Origin: an uncultured Pseudomonadota bacterium | GTDB taxonomy: Bacteria > Babelota > Babeliae > Babelales > JAUPTZ01 | DNA length: 64,000 bases | Assembly: GCA_964429275.1 (NCBI GenBank) | Contig: CAYSBJ010000002.1 | Span: 282,459-346,458 of the forward strand | Direction: 5' to 3' | Shown here: piece by piece, positions 36,697 to 45,329 of the stretch | Position numbering within the stretch: position 1 is the stretch's first letter | How the letters are laid out: every line of letters starts with the position of its first letter | The notes under the pieces: generated by a model | Seen by the model: the letters and a program-made list of their open reading frames with translations, nothing else | Database searches by the model: none | Told to the model about the DNA's origin: nothing | Program-made: the position numbers and the translations under genes

Positions 36697-37797
36697 TTAA
36701 TCACAACGCATCCAGAGTCCGGCATGGTTCTGTGCTACTTTACCGGCCAACTGCAGAACAAACAATAGCTCCTGCAGCATTGCTGATGCGCCATTATATT
36801 CTTCTAATAATTCATCAAAACTTTTTGGGCGCGTAAGCAACCGCAAAAGCGCCATTTTGCCAGGATCTTCCACTCTAGAAAAGGCTTCATGCGTAATGCG
36901 TTCCGCCTTCTTGCCACACAATTCGACGGCAGTTGCACCATCAACAACTACATGCGCTCCTTGTCTGAGTAAGTCATTTGTCCCAGCAGCCAAACGATCA
37001 TCAATCGGACCTGGCACTGCGCCTACTTCACGATTTTCTTCAAGCGCGTGAGTCGCTGTTATAAGCGCTCCACTTTTGGCGGCTGCTTGCACGACAATGC
37101 AGGCATTTGAAAGCCCAGCGATAATGCGGTTGCGCACCGGGAAAAGGCCTGCAACCGGCGGTGTTTGCGGTGGAAACGGCGACAGCAACGCACCACCGCT
37201 TGCTACAATTCGCGCAAATAATTCGTAATGCTCTGCCGGATATGTGTGAGCCAAGCCGCACCCCATAACTGCGACGGTTTTCCCGCCAGCTTTGATTGTT
37301 TCTTCATGCACAAAAGTATCAATTCCACGAGCACCGCCACTAATCGTTGCAATATTTTGAGCTACTAAGGCAGGCACTAGCATGTGCACCGCACGCTTTC
37401 CATAATGGTTTGCATCACGCGAGCCGACAAGAGCACAGGAAGCATCAGTCGTCGGCAGTTTGCCTTTGACCCATATCACCACCGGTGGCGCGCCAATATG
37501 CGCCAAAAGTTCTGGATACTCAGGATCGCCCAAAAGAATGGCGCGGACGTTGTTGGCAGCACACCATGATTCGTGCGCGAGATAAGCTGTATCATCATTC
37601 AAAGCAGCATAGATAAAAGCCGCTTGACGCGGCGCAATTTTGTATTGATTTACAATTGTATCGCTCCCCATACCCCGTAGGATAGGCAGCTGCTCTCGCC
37701 CTGTTACATACAAGCGAGCGAGCGTTGTCATACCGATGCCTGGCTGAAGCGCAAGCTGTAGAATTGTTTTATAAATCATGTACCGTCCTTTGAGCAA
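36697..37797 (-). CDS. dprA: DNA-processing protein DprA/Smf
   Basis: GSRDANHYGKRAVHML...ISGGARGIDTFVHEE...VAVMGCGL...YPAEH...FPVRNRIIAGLS...VVQAAAKSGALITA. The start could instead be the ATG at 37779. Confidence 0.9.
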   Translation of the reverse strand: MLKGRYMIYKTILQLALQPGIGMTTLARLYVTGREQLPILRGMGSDTIVNQYKIAPRQAAFIYAALNDDTAYLAHESWCAANNVRAILLGDPEYPELLAHIGAPPVVIWVKGKLPTTDASCALVGSRDANHYGKRAVHMLVPALVAQNIATISGGARGIDTFVHEETIKAGGKTVAVMGCGLAHTYPAEHYELFARIVASGGALLSPFPPQTPPVAGLFPVRNRIIAGLSNACIVVQAAAKSGALITATHALEENREVGAVPGPIDDRLAAGTNDLLRQGAHVVVDGATAVELCGKKAERITHEAFSRVEDPGKMALLRLLTRPKSFDELLEEYNGASAMLQELLFVLQLAGKVAQNHAGLWMRCD

Positions 37798-37909
37798 CTA
37801 TGGTTTTTGCTGAGCAGCCCTGCTTTCGATACTACAACGTGGCTCGGCTTAGATCCCGTAGGAGCGGCGGCCCTAAACGGGTTGTCTAGGCGAGGCAAAA
37901 GAGTCGGAA

Positions 37910-37947
37910 GCAAAAGGGGGTCGCTTTTGCTCTGCAAGAGGACCCCC
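37910..37947 (-). terminator. terminator downstream of gyrA
   Basis: Minus strand reads GGGGGTC-(18 nt)-GACCCCC-TTTTGCTT. An overlapping alternative stem is AGCAAAAG / CTTTTGCT. Confidence 0.5.
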
Positions 37948-37961
37948 AAAACTCTACCTAT

Positions 37962-40604
37962 CTAAATATCAAGCTCATCATTCCCTGACATCTCTACTGC
38001 TTCGTCAGACAATTCTTCACTGCCAATAGCGTGCACTTCTGCAGCTTTTTCGGTACCACCAGTGCTACCAGTATCATCAGAGTCATCCTCATCCGGCACG
38101 TTGCCTTCTTCAACACCACCAAGCAATGGCTCATCGGAAAGTTTTGCTCCTTCATCATCTTGCTCTGTTTCGCTAAACGATACTAAGCCAGACAAAAATT
38201 GATCGCTATCAAGACGAATCAGTCGGACACCTTGCGCTTGTCGTCCCATTGTTCGAATTTCACCCGGCGCTAAACGAATAATTTTGCCATTCTTATCAAT
38301 CAAAAGAATGTTTGAATCTTCATACACTACAACCAAGCCAATAACGGTACCGTTACGTGTAGACGTTGGAATAGTACGCACTCCAAGACCGCCACGATGT
38401 GCAACACGGAAGTCAGACACTCGAACCTGCTTACCATAGCCACGTGAAGTAGCAAACAACAAGTTACTGTCGCTATTAATAACAACCACACCAACCACCG
38501 CATCACCTTGGCGCAAACGCACACCACGAACACCAGTTGCCTGACGTCCCATTGAACGAATTTCTTCTTCGCGGAAGCGAATACCTTGTCCAAGTTTTGT
38601 TGCAATAACCACGGTGTCATGGCCGGAACTCAAACCACAAAATACCAACTCATCTCCCTCATTAAGAGTGACGGCCCGAATACCTGTTGAGCGAATCTTT
38701 GAAAACAGAGTTGCGTCGGTCTTTTTGATCGTACCGTTCTTACTACACATCACAAGAAACTTACCTTCAAGTTCACGAGCTGACAAAAGTTTTACAACAC
38801 GCTCTCCTTCTGCCAATGAAAGCAGGTTCACGACAGCACGCCCTTTTGCAGTACGAGACCCTTCTGGTATTTCATATACCGCCAGAGTGTATACACGACC
38901 AACATTAGTAAAGAACAACAAGTCATCATGGTTCTTAGTTACGAATAAATCTTGCATAACATCATCGGAATCACCCAAATCAGCCATGCCTTTCTTACCT
39001 CTGCCACCACGATGTTGCAATGCATAGGTCTCAAGGATAACTCGTTTAATATAACCTTTATGGGTCAACGTTACGACCACTTCTTCGTCAGGAATAAGGT
39101 CAGCTTCGCTAATCGCATCAATTCCATGTGAAATGAGGGAACGACGTGGATCAGTATATTTCGTTTGAATCTCTTCAAGCTCGGTCAAAATAACCTGTGT
39201 GAGTACTTGGCGATCATTCAAAATTTGGCGTAAATCATGCATGAACTTTTGTAGCTCACTCATTTCTTCCAAAATCTTTCCACGCTCCAGCCCCGTCAAC
39301 CGTTGCAGACGCATATCCAAAATCGCCTTCGCCTGAAGCACACTCAATTGGAATGTAGTACACAATTCGCTTTGCGCAATTTCAGGGCTTTCTGCTGCTT
39401 TTACCAAAGTCACAATACGATCAATATTATCCAGCGCAATAATCAAGCCTTGCAAAATGTGAGCACGTGCCATGCTTTTGCGCAGATCAAACTGCGTACG
39501 ACGAATAACTACCTCACGGCGATGCGCCAAGAAATGTTCAATAATTTCGCGCAGCGTTAACAATAATGGACGATTATTGTGAATAGCAAGAAGGAGAATT
39601 GGAATATTGACTTGCAGCGGCGTGTGTTTAAATAATTGATTGATAACAACTTGCGGGATTTCACCACGCTTCAAGTCAATCACCACACGAATACCGCCAC
39701 GATTAGATGATTCATCACGAATGTTCGAGATACCATCAATCACTTTATCTTTTACCAGATCAGCAATACGTGTAATCAAATCTGACTTATTTACTTGGTA
39801 CGGAAGCTCAGTAACCACAAGCGCTGTCTTATTGGTTTCTTCGCCTTCAATCGAAATAACCCCGCGAACAACTGCCTTACCGTGGCCAGTACGGTACGCC
39901 TCAACAATGCCTGCACGACCGCAAATGACGCCACCTGTCGGAAAATCGGGAGCAGGAATCAGGCTAAACAATTCGCTCTCTGAAAGTTGTGGATTTTTAA
40001 GAATCGCAATACACGCAGCAATTACTTCATTCAAGTTGTGCGGTGGAATACTGGTGGCCATACCAACAGCAATACCATTAGAACCGTTAAGCAGTAAATG
40101 TGGAATACGACTTGGCAGCAGTGTTGGTTCAGTTGTCGATTCGTCAAAGTTTGGCACGAAAGGTACCGTATCTTTTTCGATATCAGCGAGCAATTCTTGG
40201 GCAATCTTTGCCATGCGAACTTCGGTATATCGCATCGACGCAGCGTTGTCACCATCAATCGAACCCCAGTTACCTTGACCATCAAGAACCGGATACCGTT
40301 TAGAGAAATCTTGCGCCAATACAACCATTGCTTGATAAATCGATTGGTCCCCGTGTGGATGGTAGTGACCAATAACGTCACCGACCACGGTAGCTGATTT
40401 ACGATACGACCGATCGTGATAATAACCAAGCTTATGCATAGCGTACAAAATACGACGATGCACCGGTTTTAATCCATCACGAACGTCAGGCAATGCGCGG
40501 CTTACAATAACCGACATAGCGTAATCGAGGAACGAGGATTTTAATTCTTTTTCAATAGATAAAGGTATGATCTGAGTCGCCGGAGTAATCTTCTCGTTCG
40601 CCAT
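37962..40604 (-). CDS. gyrA: DNA gyrase subunit A
   Basis: Canonical N-terminal region DYAMSVIVSRALPDVRDGLKPVHRRILYAM...HPHGD (QRDR region) with the catalytic Tyr context AASMRYTEVRM. Beta-pinwheel C-terminal domain and an acidic tail. Confidence 0.97.
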   Translation of the reverse strand: MANEKITPATQIIPLSIEKELKSSFLDYAMSVIVSRALPDVRDGLKPVHRRILYAMHKLGYYHDRSYRKSATVVGDVIGHYHPHGDQSIYQAMVVLAQDFSKRYPVLDGQGNWGSIDGDNAASMRYTEVRMAKIAQELLADIEKDTVPFVPNFDESTTEPTLLPSRIPHLLLNGSNGIAVGMATSIPPHNLNEVIAACIAILKNPQLSESELFSLIPAPDFPTGGVICGRAGIVEAYRTGHGKAVVRGVISIEGEETNKTALVVTELPYQVNKSDLITRIADLVKDKVIDGISNIRDESSNRGGIRVVIDLKRGEIPQVVINQLFKHTPLQVNIPILLLAIHNNRPLLLTLREIIEHFLAHRREVVIRRTQFDLRKSMARAHILQGLIIALDNIDRIVTLVKAAESPEIAQSELCTTFQLSVLQAKAILDMRLQRLTGLERGKILEEMSELQKFMHDLRQILNDRQVLTQVILTELEEIQTKYTDPRRSLISHGIDAISEADLIPDEEVVVTLTHKGYIKRVILETYALQHRGGRGKKGMADLGDSDDVMQDLFVTKNHDDLLFFTNVGRVYTLAVYEIPEGSRTAKGRAVVNLLSLAEGERVVKLLSARELEGKFLVMCSKNGTIKKTDATLFSKIRSTGIRAVTLNEGDELVFCGLSSGHDTVVIATKLGQGIRFREEEIRSMGRQATGVRGVRLRQGDAVVGVVVINSDSNLLFATSRGYGKQVRVSDFRVAHRGGLGVRTIPTSTRNGTVIGLVVVYEDSNILLIDKNGKIIRLAPGEIRTMGRQAQGVRLIRLDSDQFLSGLVSFSETEQDDEGAKLSDEPLLGGVEEGNVPDEDDSDDTGSTGGTEKAAEVHAIGSEELSDEAVEMSGNDELDI

Positions 40605-40664
40605 GGATTGCGCATCCTTTCATTCACAAAATAGCACTAGAAATCGTGGTTTTATCGTTAAGGG

Positions 40665-41117
40665 CTACAGAATAGCCGGTATTGCGCAACAAGACAAGAA
40701 TATTACCGTTAAAAATGCTGCCACAAAGTCATCTAAGAAGATACCCCACGCCCCGGGAGCACCCTCTGCAAGGCTCACCGGCCAAATTTTTGCAATATCC
40801 AAAATACGAAAAACAAAACATCCTAAAAGATAGCACCACTCAACATACGGCACTGCACAGCATATAAACCACACCGCACACCACTCATCTATAACGATCC
40901 ACGAAGGATCTTCTGTCGGCGAAGCAATACTTTTGCGCACCGAGCAAAAACCAAGAATCGTCATGCAGACACCGAGGAATACCAAAACATTCAGTGGCAA
41001 GAACATACGCAATACATAGTGTGCGATCATTGCAGCAACACTGCCCACCGTTCCCGGCATGTAATGACTATGCCCAAGCCCTCCACAAGAAGCAATAAAA
41101 ATAGCAGTTTTGTTCAT
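40665..41117 (-). CDS. pgpA: phosphatidylglycerophosphatase A
   Basis: Motifs MPGTVGS, DPSWIVIDEW, FRILDIAKIWP and GIFLDDFVAA. Start moved to MNKTAIF (41117), 2 nt after the pgsA stop. Confidence 0.8.
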   Translation of the reverse strand: MNKTAIFIASCGGLGHSHYMPGTVGSVAAMIAHYVLRMFLPLNVLVFLGVCMTILGFCSVRKSIASPTEDPSWIVIDEWCAVWFICCAVPYVEWCYLLGCFVFRILDIAKIWPVSLAEGAPGAWGIFLDDFVAAFLTVIFLSCCAIPAIL

Positions 41118-41119
41118 AT

Positions 41120-41665
41120 TCACTTTGCTGTTCTTTTCTGTAGCACCATGCGCCCGACTGCGACCCAGTAACTCACCGATGATGCTACGGTAATAGCCGC
41201 TGTCGCAACACTCAGCCAATAAAAAAATGATCCATAGCGTCCCGCGCCAAGCACAAAGAGATACAACGCAAAAAATTGAAAGACAGTCTTGCTTTTAGCA
41301 AACCAAGAAGTTTTGAGTACTAGCCCACGGCGCACCATGAATGTCCGCAAAAAAGTAACAGCCACATCACGCCAGACCACCAGAAACACGACCCACCATG
41401 GCATCATCTGCTGCTGCCATAAGGCAACAAAGGCACAGAGAATAACAATTTTGTCAGCGAGTGGGTCGAGAAATGACCCGGCGCGTGAAGAAAGAAAGAA
41501 ACGCCGCGCAATATACCCATCACCAAAGTCGCTCACAATAGCAAACGTGATGAGAATGAGGGCTAAACCAACCGCGTGCGTGGAAATCGCATACCACAAG
41601 AAGGGAGCACTCAAAATACGCAAGACAGTCAAAGTGTTTGGAATGTGCTTGTAAAAGTAAACCAT
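41120..41665 (-). CDS. pgsA: CDP-diacylglycerol--glycerol-3-phosphate 3-phosphatidyltransferase
   Basis: CDP-alcohol phosphatidyltransferase motif DFGDGYIARRFFLSSRAGSFLDPLADK. N-terminus IPNTLTVLRI. Confidence 0.85.
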   Translation of the reverse strand: MVYFYKHIPNTLTVLRILSAPFLWYAISTHAVGLALILITFAIVSDFGDGYIARRFFLSSRAGSFLDPLADKIVILCAFVALWQQQMMPWWVVFLVVWRDVAVTFLRTFMVRRGLVLKTSWFAKSKTVFQFFALYLFVLGAGRYGSFFYWLSVATAAITVASSVSYWVAVGRMVLQKRTAK

Positions 41666-41707
41666 AATGGGATTAGGGTATGGTATTTACTCTTGAAACA
41701 CAAGAGA

Positions 41708-42925
41708 TTAGCTGGGGTTTGTCGAAAACGATTTACGCCGCTCCAGGAGCATCAACACTTCTGGCTTGAGGACTGCTGCTTCCCAGTGGGAGCCGTCTAC
41801 AAAAAAATAATGAACTAAACGACTAAGATCTCGAAAATCGTGCGGAAGCGCTGAAAAACTTACTTCGCCGGTCTGCGGGTCTTTCGACCACTTCACACCT
41901 ACAGCCTCATCACCCAGATCTACCACCGGATCAGCCCAATTACGGGCGCTCCTCGTCTGTGATCGATATATAGCATTAATATCTTTCAGCGCTGTTACAA
42001 GTTCATCACCTGTTTTCTGCGTCCGCGCCAGAGCCTCTCGTTTCTCAGCAACCTCTGCGCGTAGCCTATGAATCGCTGCTTCACTCGCTGCAAAGCACAC
42101 AGGACGCCGCTTCTTAAGCGCCGAACGCGCCTGACGCCACCACCTGTTAAATAAATAGGAGTGATAGCAACAATAATGGTCTGGCGGAACTTGCACCACA
42201 TCAAACAAAGTATTAAAAAAATCGGACCAGCAAGTCTCATTTCCCATTCGCCGTATTTCAGCTCGCTCAGCGTCCGATAGTTGATCATAATGGCGACTAC
42301 GAAGAAGCGCATACCTATCCCAGGTCTGCAACATGCCCAGTGCTTTCCTCTCATCAAAGGGTTTAGGCGCACTTGAAAATGCTACGAATCCATCCATCAG
42401 TGCTTCATCTCGCCCATAGCGTGCCACGTGTTCAAGCGACGGCTGCCTCAACTTACTTGTCAGCTCAAGAACCCTATCCACCGATGAAAACTCTTTCTCA
42501 GAGCCTCCTTGGAGCGCCTCCTTGGCCGGCACGGGGGGAGTTTGCTCAGGAATCACTGCAGACGATGGGCTGCTTTTGCTTGTCATCTGCATGCTGTCGA
42601 GCTGTACCGGCGATGATACTGCTACACTCACCGGATCGACAGGAAGCGCCCGTCTCTTCACAAAAAAGCTTCCAGCGGCAGCCCCACCCCCAACCATCGC
42701 CACCAAAAAGGCCACGTTTCGTGAACGCCTGAGGCGAGAAATGAGAGCTGTCTCACCCGATGCCGCTTCTAAGGCCAATGCTTTTTTATGCATACGCCAC
42801 GCAACTATCAACCCGGCTCCTGCAACCCCAGCACCTCCCCAGCGCACTGCAGATTTCGCATTTATCCCAGAAAAATCGACCCCCAAAGAAAAAATAACAA
42901 GAAGAATCGTAAGCGCCTGTTTCAC
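41708..42925 (-). CDS. membrane-anchored OTU-like cysteine protease paralogue 4 of 4 (405 aa)
   Basis: GTG start overlapping the upstream TGA (GTGA). Motifs AKSAVRWGGAGVAGAGLIVAW, VPPDHYCCYHSY and DGSHWEAAVLKPE. Confidence 0.6.
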   Translation of the reverse strand: MKQALTILLVIFSLGVDFSGINAKSAVRWGGAGVAGAGLIVAWRMHKKALALEAASGETALISRLRRSRNVAFLVAMVGGGAAAGSFFVKRRALPVDPVSVAVSSPVQLDSMQMTSKSSPSSAVIPEQTPPVPAKEALQGGSEKEFSSVDRVLELTSKLRQPSLEHVARYGRDEALMDGFVAFSSAPKPFDERKALGMLQTWDRYALLRSRHYDQLSDAERAEIRRMGNETCWSDFFNTLFDVVQVPPDHYCCYHSYLFNRWWRQARSALKKRRPVCFAASEAAIHRLRAEVAEKREALARTQKTGDELVTALKDINAIYRSQTRSARNWADPVVDLGDEAVGVKWSKDPQTGEVSFSALPHDFRDLSRLVHYFFVDGSHWEAAVLKPEVLMLLERRKSFSTNPS

Positions 42926-44130
42926 GCATTTCCCTCTTTATCTTTTTTTAAAAACGCCACTACCTCTGGCTTAAGAATAGCTGCATTCCAGTGATTGTCG
43001 TTCAAAAAAATATAATATCGCATATCCAATGAAATCTTCGTACGGCCGCACAGATATAAGATGCATCCCAAATTATTCTTCTTAAACAGGCCAGTACGAA
43101 CCGACCTATGCAATGAACTCGGCATATCCCAAACAGAACTGCTCGCAACTCTCGACCGGTATTTAGTAACGACAATGTCCAAATGCTTCTCAAGAGCCTC
43201 CCCTGAATATCTACGTCGGTATTCAGCCTCTAAACGGTCCGCAATTTGAGCCCGGAAAACGTGAATCATGCTTAAATCAGCCGCAAAAGCAACTGGACGC
43301 ATTGTATTCCGAGCAAGACCTGACCCATGCCACCATTTATAAAAAAAGTAAGCATGGTATGCACAATAATGATCGGAAGGAACTTCCACAACATCAAATA
43401 ATGTATCAAAAAAATCAGCCCAGTTCTTAGTCCGAAAAGCTTTAAATTCAGCTTCTTCAGCCTCAGTACGATCTCCCTGAGTCAAAAGCGAATGAAACCT
43501 ATTCCCAATCTCAACGGCTCTTCGAATTTTTTCATCATCACTAAAGCCACGTGGTATTTGTGAGAATGCAACGTATCCTTGCGCACCAGGTTGCGCCCGT
43601 GCCATACGAGCAACATCGTGCAAACGAGCTTCACGACCAGAAACCACTACCTCCGAAACATTGTTAACAACAAGAATTTCCTTCGTTGAAGCGTCTTCCA
43701 TAGATTCCTGTACAATAAAAGGCGTTGAGATCGATTGCTGGATCACGACTGGAAGATCACTTGGCGCACTCACGACTTCCTGGTGCTCTTGAATGGGAAC
43801 CAATGTTACCTGCTCTTCTGGCGCTCTCGGCGCTAGCGGTACCGACGCCTCATTCTGCATAAGCAGGCTCCCCACCGCAATTCCTGCCCCCAGAAGTGCT
43901 CCAGCAAGTGCCCGGTTACGCGAGCGCTTTGCACCCAAGACCGCTGCGTTTTCTGCTAATTTTTTCTCCAGTGCCGCCGCTTTTTTATGCATACGCAGCG
44001 CAACTATCAGCCCAGCTCCTGCAACCCCAGCACCTCCCCAGCGCATTGTAGATTTCGCCGTAACGGCCTCAAGTGATCCTGTCAAAACAACAAGCAACCA
44101 CGCCGCAAAAATCGCCATCTGTGACTTCAT
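42922..44130 (-). CDS. membrane-anchored OTU-like cysteine protease paralogue 3 of 4 (402 aa)
   Basis: Start moved from 44196 to the ATG at 44130 (MKSQMAIFAAWLLVVLTG), which overlaps the upstream stop (ATGA). Motifs VPSDHYCAYHAY and NDNHWNAAILKPE. Confidence 0.6.
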   Translation of the reverse strand: MKSQMAIFAAWLLVVLTGSLEAVTAKSTMRWGGAGVAGAGLIVALRMHKKAAALEKKLAENAAVLGAKRSRNRALAGALLGAGIAVGSLLMQNEASVPLAPRAPEEQVTLVPIQEHQEVVSAPSDLPVVIQQSISTPFIVQESMEDASTKEILVVNNVSEVVVSGREARLHDVARMARAQPGAQGYVAFSQIPRGFSDDEKIRRAVEIGNRFHSLLTQGDRTEAEEAEFKAFRTKNWADFFDTLFDVVEVPSDHYCAYHAYFFYKWWHGSGLARNTMRPVAFAADLSMIHVFRAQIADRLEAEYRRRYSGEALEKHLDIVVTKYRSRVASSSVWDMPSSLHRSVRTGLFKKNNLGCILYLCGRTKISLDMRYYIFLNDNHWNAAILKPEVVAFLKKDKEGNA

Positions 44131-45329
44131 GTGTTCCTCTCTGCGCCACCCCTTAAAAGAGCAATAACTTCTGGTTTCAAAATTGCCGGCACCCAATGAT
44201 CAACAAGATTAACGCCATGACATATTTTAGACAAATCGCCATCCCAGCCCTCAAAATTAATCTTTTCGGATATATCAAAGCCCCCAGTCTTGGCATTTTT
44301 TGCCCATACAAGGATCGGACACTTCATTTCTTTGGCAACCAAAGGTAGAAATGAGACATCAAGCCAATCAGTCGAACCCTTTTTACCAAAAACATCTTTG
44401 TAATTTGCAAGAGCGGCACGGATAAAAGGCTTTAAATCTTTATCAGGATCCAGATTAACCAGCTTATCCGCCAGAATTTGTCGTACCCAATAATACGGGC
44501 CAATGTCAATATCGTCCTTATTTTCTATTGCTACTGAAAAAAACAAGTCTTTCTCTATGATCGTATCTTTGTGCGAAATTTCATCATTGATATGACGCTC
44601 TACTTCATCCATAAGCCACGATCTCTGCCGTGCAACTTGATCCCGCGTTGCGCTAAAAAAAGTTGGTTTTTTGTCCAAAGCTTGGGGCCCATCACTTTGC
44701 CATTTATGCCAAAACTCGATCATATGAATACCACAAGAGTTATCGGCAGGCACATTAATTGGATGCAAAAGCGTCTTAAAAATCGACTGAACTTCGCGAG
44801 AAGCATAGTCCTTGCTCTCTATTTTTTCATGCAATTGCGCAAGAGCGCCCGAAATAACATCATCAGAGACAGGTACCGTCGGCGCACTCGAGATATCGGC
44901 CGGCAGTATGCCACTCGTTATTGTAAAATCCTGGCCACTAACTCGTTTTTCGGCATTCGTAGTATCATCATTTGTACTATCACTCTCTCGCATCAAAAAA
45001 CTGCCCCCCAGAGCCGATACACCGGCTCCCGCAGCAAGAAGCCCGAGTCGCCTATAATGAGTAGCAAGGATGATTTGCCTTTCAGCCAACAACAATGCAT
45101 TAAGCAGCTGAAAGCGTTCTTGAACACTCCGATCGCGCGCCTGCTCGCGCAGAAGCAGCAACGCCTTCCGCCGCAACGTTAATTTTCGCACGCGATTATG
45201 CATCGCCAGCGCAGTAAGCGCCCCTATGATTGCAGTGCCGGCTCCGCCCCAACGCACCATTGGCTTAAGGGGAATTGCTGATCCATCACAAGTTATCATA
45301 AGCAAAAGTAATAAAAGCGCTTTTTTCAT
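44127..45329 (-). CDS. membrane-anchored OTU-like cysteine protease paralogue 2 of 4 (400 aa)
   Basis: ATGA overlap at 45326-45329. Motifs VRWGGAGTAIIGAL, VPADNSCGIHMIEF, WLDVSFLPLVAKEMKCPILVW and LVDHWVPAILKPE. Confidence 0.65.
   Translation of the reverse strand: MKKALLLLLLMITCDGSAIPLKPMVRWGGAGTAIIGALTALAMHNRVRKLTLRRKALLLLREQARDRSVQERFQLLNALLLAERQIILATHYRRLGLLAAGAGVSALGGSFLMRESDSTNDDTTNAEKRVSGQDFTITSGILPADISSAPTVPVSDDVISGALAQLHEKIESKDYASREVQSIFKTLLHPINVPADNSCGIHMIEFWHKWQSDGPQALDKKPTFFSATRDQVARQRSWLMDEVERHINDEISHKDTIIEKDLFFSVAIENKDDIDIGPYYWVRQILADKLVNLDPDKDLKPFIRAALANYKDVFGKKGSTDWLDVSFLPLVAKEMKCPILVWAKNAKTGGFDISEKINFEGWDGDLSKICHGVNLVDHWVPAILKPEVIALLRGGAERNT

Noticed and set aside
39640-40278. 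212-aa plus-strand ORF (and several others between 38614 and 40397) inside gyrA
   Set aside because: These are antisense shadow ORFs of an unambiguous gyrA coding region. Their composition is low-complexity and I recognised no motifs.
44131-44196. N-terminal extensions of track ORFs (also 48588..48686, 49963..50061, 41118..41219, 8268..8291, 16515..16541, 33983..34024)
   Set aside because: The extensions overlap the upstream gene and lack homology to paralogues or orthologue N-termini. The internal starts restore canonical N-termini or signal peptides and give short overlaps or gaps.
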